Part shown: positions 9,949 to 21,167 of the stretch, piece after piece
Layout: every line of letters begins with the position of its first letter
Position numbering within the stretch: position 1 is the stretch's first letter
NCBI GenBank assembly: GCA_032718475.1
Contig: JAUCBJ010002948.1
Location: 1-47,753 of the forward strand
Length of the DNA stretch: 47,753 bases
DNA from: Nemertoderma westbladi
Taxonomy: Eukaryota > Animalia > Xenacoelomorpha
Direction: 5' to 3'
Made by a program: the position numbers and the translations under genes
Notes under the pieces: generated by a model
What the model saw: the letters and a program-made list of their open reading frames with translations, nothing else
Database searches by the model: none
Told to the model about the DNA's origin: nothing

Positions 9949-12523
9949 TTAATTAAGTTTCTTGGTATTCAAAGCAGACATGAATTCTACGTCCCTCTTG
10001 AATGTGTTGTGGAACTGTTCCAGTGTTACCGCAGTAACCGGTTCTCCTAACTGCTTCATCACTTTATCCAATCGTTTATCGATCGAGTCTTCGTCGTTAG
10101 GGTATCTAACCTGGTAACCGTTCGCTTTGTAGATCGCCGAGATGATTTCCTCAAAATCTGCCCTAAAAATTACAAACTGTCATTTAATACTACTGGCCAA
10201 GTATACTGTTTGCGTAAATATACAGTAACAAACTGTTGTTAGATTTCAGAAAAATAAGTCCAATTTATATTTAAGTTTGTCCTACCATCTTCTAATGCTG
10301 TAAAAATACTCCCTATAACATAGCCTCTAACGTAGTTCAACTACAAAAATCTATGGCTGTATAGTTTTAAACAAATTAGTTAAAGAAAGGAAGTTGGACG
10401 GGATGTTTCAATTTCAACCAAAGCTCAGTATTATATAGGCCTAAACTGTTGCAATAGCGCACAATACTGAAAAACCACCGGCAAGATAAACAAAATATTA
10501 TAATACAGTACAAAGCTAACAGGTATAAACTACCTCGATATCTCTCCATCTGAATTTGCATCGTAGAGTTTAAACACCCAGTTTAATCTGTCATCCAAGC
10601 TTCCATGAGTGGTAATGGATAAACTCAGGATAAATTCATCAAAGTTTACCATTCCGTCACGGTTGGAGTCAAACGCTCTAAAACAGTGAGTATATATAAT
10701 ATGTATAAAGGCTCGTCCCTAAATGTATTTGGCAAACGTTTTTTATAATTATTTATATAATGCAATAACATATACAGTAATAGGCAAGACAGCATAATAT
10801 TATACTGTATATACTGTACCCGGTATGAATCAATCTTATATAAAATAAAATAAAGTAATATTAAGTCACTTGTGGCGGGAAAGTGTGTGACAGCGAGCGT
10901 GTGCCTGATATTACGGTACGTCTGTGCAACAGCGAGCACGTGTCTGATACTGCGGTACGCCTGTGTAACAGCGAGTGTGTGCCTGATATTACGGTACGTC
11001 TGTGCAACAGCGAGCATGTGTCTGATACTACGGTACGCCTGTGTAACAGCGAGTGTGTGCCTGATACTACGGTACGTCTGTGCAACAGCGAGCATGTGTC
11101 TGATACTACGGTACGCCTGTGTAACAGCGAGTGTGTGCCTGATACTACAGTACGTCAGTGCAACAGCGAGCACGTGTCTGGTACTGCGGTACGCCTTTGT
11201 AACAGCGAGTGTGTGCCTGATACTACGGTACGTCTGTACAACAACAAGCGCGTGCCTGATACTACGGTATGCCTGTGCAACAGCGAGCACGTGTCTGTTA
11301 CTGCGGTACGCCTGTGTAACAGCGTGTGTGTGCCTGATATTACGGTATGTCTGTGCAACAGCGAGCACATGTCTGATACTGCGGTACACCTGTTTAACAG
11401 CGAGTGTGTACCTGATACTACGGTATGTCTGTGCAACAACAAGCGCGTGCCTGATACTACGGTATGCCTGTGCAACAGCAAGCGTGTGTCTGATACTACG
11501 ATACGTCTGTGCAACAGCGAGCACATGTCTGATACTGCGGTACGTCTGTGCAACAGCGAGCACGTGTCTGATACTGCGGTACGCCTGTGTAACAGCGAGT
11601 GTGTGCCTGATACTACGGTATGCCTGTGCAACAGCAAGCGTGTGTCTGATACTACGGTACGTCTGTGCAACAGCGAGCACATGTCGGATACTGCGGTACG
11701 TCTGTGCAACAGCGAGCACGTGTCTGATACTGCGGTACGCCTGTGTAACAGCAAGTGTGTGCCTGATTCTATGGTACGCCTGTGTAACAGCGAGTGTGTG
11801 CCTGATACTACGGTATGCCTGTGCAACAGCAAGCGTGTGTCTGATACTACGGTACGTCTGTGCAACAGCGAGCACATGTCGGATACTGCGGTACGTCTGT
11901 GCAACAGCGAGCACGTGTCTGATACTGCGGTACGCCTGTGTAACAGCAAGTGTGTGCCTGATTCTATGGTACGCCTGTGCAACAGCGAGCGTGTGCCTGG
12001 TACTACGGTACGTCTGTGCAACAGTGAGCACGTGTCTGATACTACTGTACGGTCCTCCCGTGCAACAGCAAGTGTGTCCCTGATACTACGGTATGCCTGT
12101 GCAACAGCGAGTGTGTGTCTGATACTACGGTGGTAGGCCTGTGCGACAGCGAGTGTGTGCCTGATACTAAGGTACGCACGCCTGTGCAACAGCGAGCGTG
12201 TGACTGATACCACGGTACGGCTGTGCAACAGCGAGCGCGTGTCTGATACTACGGTACACCTGTGCAACAGGGAGCGTGTGTCTGATTGATATACTATGAT
12301 AGAGTTTTATTTACCTGAATACCAATGTAGCTAGTTCTCGGGAGTTTCCCATTGGATAATATTGTTTATAAACTCGAATAAAGTCGTCTTCTTTAAGAAC
12401 ACCACTCGGACAGTCAGACACAAACTTTCTGTACCATTGTCGTAGCTCCTTCTCTGTGAAGTCCGTAGTCTGTAGCAGTTCATCGACTTTAGGGTCTGGT
12501 AACTTGCCGGCTTTACCGCCCAT
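9949..12523 (-). CDS. Neuronal calcium sensor family protein (neurocalcin/hippocalcin/NCS-1-like), 188 aa; exons 12523..12315, 10677..10534, 10162..9949
   Basis: Exon 1 MGGKAGKL...FTEKELRQWYRKFVSDCPSG; exon 2 AFDSNRDGMVNFDEFILSLSITTHGSLDDRLNWVFKLYDANSDGEIS; exon 3 ADFEEIISAIYK...TLEQF...*. GT-AG introns, both phase 2; 209+144+214=567 nt open. Confidence 0.9.
10884..12286. repeat. 39-bp minisatellite (~36 copies) filling most of NCS intron 1
   Basis: Unit ~cagcgagcacgtgtctgatactgcggtacgcctgtgtaa; produces 13-aa periodic spurious ORFs in four frames. Confidence 0.95.
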
Positions 12524-12811
12524 AGTAAGTTATCTACTATGGCGTAGAGACCATACACTACCGCGTTGTACAGACGAAATATAAAGTTGTTTCCACCTTC
12601 AGTAGGCTGTACCAACTGGGGATATCATATCAGATGGGATCTTTATACAGTAGTTCGATAAAGGTTAAAAGTTTTATAACAAAGAATAGTATATGCTATA
12701 TATATATATGTATATGCTTGTTACATAATAATTAAACCCCTGATAGGAAGTCCTGATAATTGTCGGGTATTGTCATGAAGAAAATTATTTGGCTACAATA
12801 CGTTTATTCTG

Positions 12812-12824
12812 GTTGCCTAGCGAC
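12812..12824. promoter_or_regulatory. RFX X-box-like site upstream of the NCS gene
   Basis: GTTGCCTAGCGAC (one mismatch to GTNRCC-N-RGYAAC) ~290 bp upstream of the ATG, with CCAAT/ATTGG boxes at ~12836 and ~12846. Confidence 0.5.
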
Positions 12825-13317
12825 CCTCCCTTCTTCCAATCAGTAATTGGCTGCAGTGAGTGCAGTGCACATTAATGAGGCTTTACAAATAATAAGGGTT
12901 TTCTTATTTTGTTTTGAGTGTTTGTCCGATAAATAACCATTGGAAATATATTATCATAATCGTTATTATGTTTTCAAAAAGTAATCCGCACGATCCGTAA
13001 TCCGTATAATCTGTATGACGTCCTATCTCGGGGAATTAATATCTCGTCTCCAAAGCTAAATCATCAATTAAGGGAAATGAGCAGGTTACAGTAGCACGCT
13101 ATTCTAAATAAACCAATAAACTAAAGTCAATATAAGAGGTTACAGTTTTATTTTACCGAGTAATTAGCTGTTATTTGTGTCGATTTTTTTCATGGAGAGG
13201 AATTAATTTTAATGTGGTAAATAGCATCCAGTGGACCGCCCAGGGGTGTCTATACGAGTTAAATAATACTAATAATAATATTGTCTGTTTGCTGGTTTAC
13301 TGTTTTCAAGTGGGGTA

Positions 13318-14085
13318 AGCTGTCCACTAGTTCACTGTCCAGATGTGTCCACCACTCAGTGATACACCCACTGTTCAGTTTGTGTCCACTACTCAGTGAT
13401 ACACACCACCCACTGTTCTGTTGTGTCCACTACTCATAGTGGTACCCCCACTGTCTAGTTTGTGTCCATGTCCCATGTCCAGTGGCACCAACTCTGAAAT
13501 GTGGTTCCCACTGTCCAGAAGTGTCCACTACTCAGTGGTACACCCACTGTTCTGTTGTGTCCACTACTCATAGTGGTATCCCCACTGTTTAGTTTGTGTC
13601 CATGTCCAGTGGTACCAACTCCGAAGAGTGGTTCCCACTGTCCAGATATGTCCACTACTCAGTGGTACACTCACTGTTCAGTTTGTGTCCACTACTCAGT
13701 GTTACACCCACAGTTCAGGTTGTGTCCACTACACAGTGGTACACTGTTCTTTTGGTATCCACTACTCATAGTGATACCACTGTTTAGTTTGTGTCCATGT
13801 CCAGTGGTACCAACTCCGAAGAGTGGTTCCCACTGTCCAGATATGTCCACTACTCAGTGGTACACCCACTGTTCAGTTAGTGTCCACTACTCAATGATAC
13901 ACCCACAGTTCAGTTTGTGTCCACTACTCAGTGATACACCCACTTTTCAGTTTGTGTCCACTACTCAGTGATACACCCACTTTTCAGTTTGTGTCCACTA
14001 CTCATAGTAGTACCCCACTGTTTAGTTTGTGTCCATGTCTCATGTTCCGTGGCACCAACTCTGAAGAGTGGTTCCCACTGTCCAA
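13318..14085. repeat. Composite minisatellite with a 37-bp core and a longer higher-order unit
   Basis: gtgtccactactcagtgatacacccactgttcagttt repeats interleaved with gtggtaccaactccgaagagtggttcccactgtccaga blocks; lies between the divergent NCS and Fer genes. Confidence 0.9.
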
Positions 14086-14568
14086 TCCATTCCATTGATG
14101 GCCTTGTTACATTTCGCAAACTTGGGGGCTCGTCTGAGATTAGATTTGCATAAGGAAATATGAATTCAGTTACAACAATTAATGTTGTTTTAGAATAAGG
14201 TAGCTGGCATTATTTATATTTGCACAAGAATCCATAGACAATTAGCCGAATACGAAACGAAAACCCTTACACAGTATCCGTGTTTGCTTTTCTCCATTCT
14301 ATATTGCGCGTATAAATAAATGGTTGGTAAAGTTACCAAGTGTAGCTCTGTAGACTAAATAACTAATATATCATGTGCAGTCGGTGGATATTTGCATAAC
14401 ACACATTGGATAACATTAACTTATTTCTTACCCAAAAACTATAATACCTGAGTAACTTCCTCCCATCAGCTATTTGAAATTGGCTTACTCTTCGCATTCT
14501 TATTGATATTAAATTGTTGTTATTATTTAATATCGTAAAATAAAATCGTCAAGTAATGGTCTCTGATT

Positions 14569-17088
14569 ATGTCCCAGGGTGTAGAAGATAAACTAATCAG
14601 CGACACTGTTGACCTGTCGCCGGTGATTGAGGCGATTGTCGCACAAGCGAATGGCGAAATTAAATTACTACAATCTTTGTGCTGTTTAATAGAGAAAAAA
14701 ACAAAAAGTACAAAACGTTACGCTAACGACCTAAAGGATGTTGTTGCATCGGCACGAAAAATAAATTCACCAGATGATAAAAATATAATTCGTACGCCAC
14801 TTTTTGATCTGGTAAATAATCTGTATGAACAGTGCGAGAGTGAGTCGTCCTGGTTCAATTCGGCTGCTTCGTCTCTGGAGTCGGAAATTCTACCAGATGT
14901 TAAAACCTTGTTGGCGAACCGAAAGGCCTCACTTAAAGTTTTCGAAAGGAGAAAGAAAAGTATTAAAGAAATAGAGACAAAACTTATTCAAGATCACGAA
15001 AATTCGACGAAAAAGTTGCTAAGTGTAGAGAAGGAGGTAGAGCATTGTAAGAAGCGCTACAATGACCTATACCAGCTGGGGATACCGGGAAAAAATTTCA
15101 CAATTGCCAGAGAAAATTTACAACGAAGTACAATGGTTTTGCATGGAATGTATAACTCTCATATCGTTCTAACATTTACTACAAGTCGAGGTTTGAAATA
15201 CAGAGATAAAAAACTTATGTATGAATTTATCAGCGCTTACAAGGAATTACAGATGTCTTCAATAGAGCAGATAATAAGTGCCATCAAGAGGTATGGAGAC
15301 ATAGAGGTAAGTCTGAGCGAAAGGATTGCAGCTGGTAATTCAGAGTTTTCAGCTAAATCGGTTACGATAACACCGAGTTTGGAATGGAGTTCATTTACTA
15401 CCGGTGTTTCAGATGACTCCAGCGACTACGCCACACAATTTATACACAAAGATGTTTCTGTAGTACCACCAGAATACTGCCTAGAGATAGATGATTACAT
15501 TTTTGCAGTTTCGGATGTTTCCTCAACTGAAACACAAACATTGTTAGATTATTATTCGAATACTTTGGATAAACAGTCACAACTGCTAGTGAAACATCGG
15601 CAACAACGTCAGGTGTCGGAAGCAAACCTGCTCGATATTTTATCACAGAAAATGAAAACTTGTAAGGACCTTTTGGAGCAAAATATGTGCGTATTTAACG
15701 ACGCCTTAGATTTGTCTATTGTTTCATTTGAACATTCATGCTGTGTGGATGCAGTGGATCTTTTAAATATCGTCGTTCCCACGGCAGAAGCAAACGCTGT
15801 AAAATTTGTAGTGGAAGACATCGAAGAGCAAGTACAAGACCGAGTATCAAAGCCAAAGACTATATTCCGCATACCTTCCGCGGCTAGTTATTTTAAAGTT
15901 CTCAAACACGATGGCCAGAAACTAGATGTTGGCCTAGAAGGTAGTATGCGTGATATCTCCGAAGAAGATTGGTTCCATGACGCAATATCTCGGGATGACG
16001 CCGCGAAATTGTTACGAAACGACGGAGACTTCCTTGTACGCTACAGCAGATCCAATTCCCAATACGTTATTAGTATTTTTGTCGAGGATAAACATAAAGC
16101 ATCTCATTTCAAAATACTTAAAAACTCTAAAGGTCTTTTCGGTTTCGAACAAAAACATTATCCCACGATAAGTATTTTGTTGTACAATTACAAAGCTAAG
16201 AATCTTCCAATTACAACTCAAAGTGGTGTTCATCTCGGAATACCAATATTTAGAGAAACTCATGAAATTCTCACTATAAAATCAAGCGAAATTGAAAAAC
16301 TAAATGTTATTGGCCGAGGTAATTTCGGACAGGTTTATTATGGTAAGTTTAAGCGGAAAGGCAAAATCCAAATCCGTGTTGCTATAAAAACATGCAAGGA
16401 AGATTCTCAGCAAGAGGAAATAGAGCGCTTTATGAAAGAAGCTGAATTCATGAAAGGTTTCTCTCATATGAACATTGTTCGTCTCATTGGAATTTGTTAT
16501 GATAATCCCAGTATTGTGCTCGAATACATGGATAAGGGATCCTTGCTAAAAGTGATCCGAAATGAAGAGATTACAAGTGAGCGAATGCTGGATCTTTGTA
16601 TCGATGTAGGTTGCGGAATGGCGTATCTGGAGCAACGAAAGTGCATACATCGCGACTTGGCAGCTCGGAATTGTCTTGTCAACAAGGATGATATTGTGAA
16701 AGTCGCCGATTTCGGACTGTCGCGTGAAGGTGACGAGGATGATATTTACACTGTGGGTCCGGGTAGGAAACCCATACCGATCCGATGGGTGAGTCCAGAG
16801 GCCATACAGAGACTAGAGTACTCCAGTAAGAGCGATGTCTGGTCCTATGGTGTGCTGATATGGGAGGTTTATTCCAAGGGAGCCCAACCGTACCCGGGGA
16901 TGAGTAACGAAGAAGCGCTGCAATATTACACCGCGGGAAATATAATGGATCCCGCGGATGGAACACCCGACGGTGTTGCCAAGGTTATGCGGGAATGCTG
17001 GAAATATGAACCGGGAGATAGATCTACCTTCGGAGAGATTCTAAACGATCTACAGGATTTAAAAACACATTGTGGATCCGAAAGTTGA
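14569..17088 (+). CDS. FER: Fer/Fes non-receptor tyrosine kinase (F-BAR-like coiled coil, SH2, kinase), single exon, 839 aa
   Basis: Helical N-terminus; SH2 WFHDAISRDDAAKLLRNDGDFLVR; kinase GRGNFG, VAIKTCK, CIHRDLAARNCL, DFGLSRE, PIRW, SDVWSYG. Architecture and GRGNFG/AIKTCK fit Fes/Fer. Confidence 0.92.
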   Translation: MSQGVEDKLISDTVDLSPVIEAIVAQANGEIKLLQSLCCLIEKKTKSTKRYANDLKDVVASARKINSPDDKNIIRTPLFDLVNNLYEQCESESSWFNSAASSLESEILPDVKTLLANRKASLKVFERRKKSIKEIETKLIQDHENSTKKLLSVEKEVEHCKKRYNDLYQLGIPGKNFTIARENLQRSTMVLHGMYNSHIVLTFTTSRGLKYRDKKLMYEFISAYKELQMSSIEQIISAIKRYGDIEVSLSERIAAGNSEFSAKSVTITPSLEWSSFTTGVSDDSSDYATQFIHKDVSVVPPEYCLEIDDYIFAVSDVSSTETQTLLDYYSNTLDKQSQLLVKHRQQRQVSEANLLDILSQKMKTCKDLLEQNMCVFNDALDLSIVSFEHSCCVDAVDLLNIVVPTAEANAVKFVVEDIEEQVQDRVSKPKTIFRIPSAASYFKVLKHDGQKLDVGLEGSMRDISEEDWFHDAISRDDAAKLLRNDGDFLVRYSRSNSQYVISIFVEDKHKASHFKILKNSKGLFGFEQKHYPTISILLYNYKAKNLPITTQSGVHLGIPIFRETHEILTIKSSEIEKLNVIGRGNFGQVYYGKFKRKGKIQIRVAIKTCKEDSQQEEIERFMKEAEFMKGFSHMNIVRLIGICYDNPSIVLEYMDKGSLLKVIRNEEITSERMLDLCIDVGCGMAYLEQRKCIHRDLAARNCLVNKDDIVKVADFGLSREGDEDDIYTVGPGRKPIPIRWVSPEAIQRLEYSSKSDVWSYGVLIWEVYSKGAQPYPGMSNEEALQYYTAGNIMDPADGTPDGVAKVMRECWKYEPGDRSTFGEILNDLQDLKTHCGSES

Positions 17089-17725
17089 GTAGAAAACTTT
17101 AGGATGCAACGAAAATCGGTTGTGTGATTGAAATGGAATCATAACTATATTGTTAGAGGAACGTGCTATTATAATAATGACAAGAGTTATTTTTCATTTG
17201 CTTCAATCGGCTTATATTAAATAATCGGCATTGCTACTAATACTTCCAGTATAGATAGCATTGCACTCTCGAAACTTGATGGTTAACATATTTAATATAT
17301 TACCGAAGATATTAATTAGTATAGTAACCACCATGATTGCATGAAATTTTATATTGGGTGAATTGGGATTCTTATTTTCGATTTCAACTTTACTCTACAA
17401 GCATACACGTACTACTATAAGTATTCAGAATCTCCAAAACTTATTGGAGATGAAATTGATTGAAAAAATAGCTGAGATATTGACATTCTGACGTTGCCTA
17501 TTTTGCACTCCTGTTCAACGCTGATTTCAATTTACAAAAATTATTATCGAACACAATAGAGTTATCAACGCGTAGATGCAAAAACATGCAACTTTTGAAC
17601 GCAAATTTTCCAGAAATATCTCCAGCCCAGACCGACCGATACATATTTAAGATTTTGAATCCCTATAACGCTACCTATATATAAATACTATAAGGACAAA
17701 GATTGTATTCCAGTCGATTACAGTA

Positions 17726-17739
17726 GTTGCTATAGCAAC
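17726..17739. promoter_or_regulatory. Palindromic RFX X-box, distal to MDH1B
   Basis: GTTGCTATAGCAAC perfect 14-bp palindrome ~890 bp upstream of the MDH1B ATG. Confidence 0.45.
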
Positions 17740-18330
17740 TAACTGTGGTATCGACAAACTGCAGTATATCATCATTTCAATCTTTGTAGAAAAATAAAGG
17801 TGGGGGGGGGGGGGGGGGTGGTGTAGCTGAAATAGGGCTTTATTCCTGGCCATCATGGTGTCTGCTATCATTATCTGGACCTGCTTTGTTGTTACATTTG
17901 TGTTTTAATATTCTGGTTGTTATTTATATTATACAGATAATGAATGACCTGACCATCTCTGGTTTTTATTATAAGCGATAGATTAATAAACGGATTGAGG
18001 TTTATTGTTTATTTATATATCTTTCAATGCATCCCGTAAATATTTCTTATTTATTAAGTTTTTGTCTTATTCGTGACGTCACATTGTTGCTGAAGTACAG
18101 TATTTTGGTTATCACAATCACAATAAATATGTCTATTATTAAAATAATTTCACTCGGACTGGAGTGAAATTAAGTTCTACTCAATTTAAAATGCATTAAA
18201 TAGTTAATTAACAAATTAGTATTCTAGTAATTTATTAAAACCACCCTGATCTACTAAAATAATTATTTTAGTTGGCCATAATCATTAAACTAATTAAATA
18301 AATAACATTCGATTGGCTAACATGATTAAC

Positions 18331-18343
18331 GTTACCTAGCAAC
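18331..18343. promoter_or_regulatory. RFX X-box in the MDH1B proximal promoter
   Basis: GTTACCTAGCAAC matches GTNRCC-N-RGYAAC exactly, ~280 bp upstream of the ATG, with an ATTGG box at ~18312. Confidence 0.65.
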
Positions 18344-18625
18344 ACCATATACAATTCAACTCAAAAGTATACTGATAAGTAACTGATGCGGTACAGCCTA
18401 GATACCGGTACTGATATCGGCTTATGATGCTGCACCAAAATAAGGCTATCAATATATTCAGTTTGTTAAATACTAAGATGGTTACCGGTACTAATTCTTA
18501 TTCTATTCGAGATAATTGGGCGTCCTTGTAATCTCTGTTAATAATAAATAAACACAATAACTCCGCACAATTAATCGGTACATATTAGGTACATCACCAG
18601 TAAGATTAACTGTACTCCATGCCAT

Positions 18626-20209
18626 ATGGCTAAGTTTGTGGTGGCAGGCCGAGCCGATTGTCCGTACTACGCGCGGGCCGAACTATTAGCTGACTCCCTT
18701 AAACTAAATGTCGACGAGTTTAACCTTCATAAGATTGTTATAGAACCGAACGAATGGGAGGCGTGGTTGGCCGGAGTATGTAAGGAGAACCAATGGGTTC
18801 ACAATGAGTCACCGATAGTGTGGCGAGAATTAGTAGACAGGGGGGGCCGGGGAGTATTAGTTGGGAACTCTGGGGCCTTCGAGGAGTACATCTACTCATA
18901 CTACAATATGACGTCATCATTGAAAAGCGTTGAGATGATAAACGTTGCCGGAGAGAATATGGCGAGGAAAGCAGTTGATATGGCGAAAGAGAAATACGAA
19001 GGGAGTTTAATAGATCCACTGCGGGTCACAATAACCGGGGCGGAGAATCCGTCGGTTTATCATCTCGTTTATTTGATCAGCAACGGAGACGCATTCGGTA
19101 GGGATCGCGATGTCAGTTTAACGTTGGTGGCTCCAGATGACTCGTTGCCAGGGTTACATGGTGTCTGTATGGAGGCGGTGGATTTAGCTAGTCCGTTGCT
19201 GCATTCCATACGCGCTACGTCGTCGCTCTCGGACGCTATGTCCGACACGCAGATTGTCGTACTTCTCGATAGAGTAGAGGAACGCGATGCGAACATTGAC
19301 TACGAGCCGCAGCAGACTCACAGCTGGTTACAGCGGATCTGGGGGGGTCTACAGGGCCATGTGGAAGCTATACACAACGGGGCCGCCAAGGGGTGCCGTA
19401 TTGTAGTCGCGATGGACGGCCCGGTAAACTTCCTGGTCAAACAGTTGCAGGAAAGTCTACCGGGGTTGGGGGGAGACGATATAATCGGGTTGTCGACCCA
19501 CTCCGAGCAGCTGATGCGGTCGGTTCTGTCGGATAGATTGTCGGTGAATCCGTCGGATATAACCGACGTGCTTGTCTGGGGCGGTCCGCGCGGCAGGTAC
19601 GACGCGAGCCACGCCAAGGTCTACCGACTAGACTCCGCGGTTACGGGACCCCCCGGGTTCTACAGACCCCTCGACCAGATGGTCCACGACCCCGGCTGGT
19701 TGGAGTCCGGATTCGTCGAATCCGTGACGACCCGCCCGCAGCTCGAAGCCTCGCTCCTCCGCCGCCCCGCGGGCAGCGCTTTCGCTTTCAGCGTCGCGAA
19801 ACTCCTCCATCGGTGGTTCTGCGGGGCTCCGGAGGGCCAGATGTTCTCGGTTGTCGTGGTTACGGACGGTTCGTCCTACGACCTTCCTTCTGGTATCTCC
19901 TTCTCCCTCCCTGTGTCCTTCACCCCGGGCCGGTGGCATCTTGTAGACAACCTGATACCGTCGGAGGCACTCAAAGAATTAGCCAACGAGTTGGTTAGAG
20001 AGAAACAGCTGTTTGAGACACGGCCGCCAACTCCGCCGTCCGTTGCCGAGGTAACCAGTGACGAGAAGACTGAGTTGGTCGTGGCTGGAACCGATGGAAC
20101 GGATAATAACCCGCAACTTATTGATACAGTTGCGTTGGAAACCGATATTGTTGCTAAGGAACGCAGCATTGATACTATTGTAGAACTAGCTGAACCCGCA
20201 GAAACATAA
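18626..20209 (+). CDS. MDH1B: Malate dehydrogenase 1B-like protein, single exon, 527 aa
   Basis: N-terminus MAKFVVAGRADCPYYARAELLAD and SPIVWRELVDRGGRGVLVG are characteristic of MDH1B; an MDH-like region follows (PLRVTITGA, AVTGPPGFYRP). Confidence 0.93.
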   Translation: MAKFVVAGRADCPYYARAELLADSLKLNVDEFNLHKIVIEPNEWEAWLAGVCKENQWVHNESPIVWRELVDRGGRGVLVGNSGAFEEYIYSYYNMTSSLKSVEMINVAGENMARKAVDMAKEKYEGSLIDPLRVTITGAENPSVYHLVYLISNGDAFGRDRDVSLTLVAPDDSLPGLHGVCMEAVDLASPLLHSIRATSSLSDAMSDTQIVVLLDRVEERDANIDYEPQQTHSWLQRIWGGLQGHVEAIHNGAAKGCRIVVAMDGPVNFLVKQLQESLPGLGGDDIIGLSTHSEQLMRSVLSDRLSVNPSDITDVLVWGGPRGRYDASHAKVYRLDSAVTGPPGFYRPLDQMVHDPGWLESGFVESVTTRPQLEASLLRRPAGSAFAFSVAKLLHRWFCGAPEGQMFSVVVVTDGSSYDLPSGISFSLPVSFTPGRWHLVDNLIPSEALKELANELVREKQLFETRPPTPPSVAEVTSDEKTELVVAGTDGTDNNPQLIDTVALETDIVAKERSIDTIVELAEPAET

Positions 20210-21167
20210 AGTAGCATTTATTTACTTATTTATAATAATATTATAATAAAGTTGCCATTCGTAAGTTTATAACTAAAGTATATCAGTAAGAATACGTTGA
20301 ATATAAATAAATATAAAAATTATGTTTTATATAAAATATATAAAAACATTACAAACTGTTTATTAGTTTATATATTTTGGATAATTAAATATCCAACATG
20401 ATAAATAATTTAGTAACCCTTCTAAATAAACCTAATTTAGCCAATCCAACACCAACTGAGATACGGTTATTAGCGCAAATATAATTGACTTTTGAATTAG
20501 CCGCTACCTTACAACCTTAAACCAAGCTAAATAATTTTTTCTAGAATTGAGAAATTTCGTTTTAGAATTCTAGAGTTTTAATGAGGTTCTATAATAGCCA
20601 ATCAGATGAGCCCATTCCTAGACCCCATCTAAACTGAATTTCGACTTTCCTAGACTGCATAGACTCTGATGTGAGATGTTCCTTTAGACGTACAAGTATA
20701 AAAAATTTGGGAAAATCTTTAGCGCCGTGTTATTTTAATTGTTTTATTTATCCTATGTTTTATTGAATAAAGACAAAATAAAAAAAGTTAAACAATTTTT
20801 ATCATTATTTTCAATGGACTGAAATTCAACTGTACCTGTAAAATCACTTGTTGTCTAATATTATTTAAGTTTACATAATTTACAGGAGTTTAGTGGAGCA
20901 GAACTGAGCGATACAGAATGCTCGTGAGAAAAAACAGAACAGCATATTTGCTAAAGTTTCGTACGTAATCGTAGTAGTTTTAGTTATACTATACAGTAGG
21001 TACTTTAGCGTCTCAAGATAGTCATGGGCTATTCACCAGGCATATTTTCAATAAGAGTGACAAAATAATATTTATCCAAAGTACAATATTGTGTCCTCAC
21101 GGCGAAAATAATGCCATGTAAAACGGACGCGGCTCTGTGTTCAAGTCTCAAGATAGGGGGGACCAAT

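Noticed and set aside
10646-12267. Four long ORFs of 370-461 aa
   Set aside because: Stop-free frames of a 39-bp minisatellite inside the NCS intron.
13455-14153. Cys/Pro-rich ORFs
   Set aside because: Translations of the 37-bp satellite.
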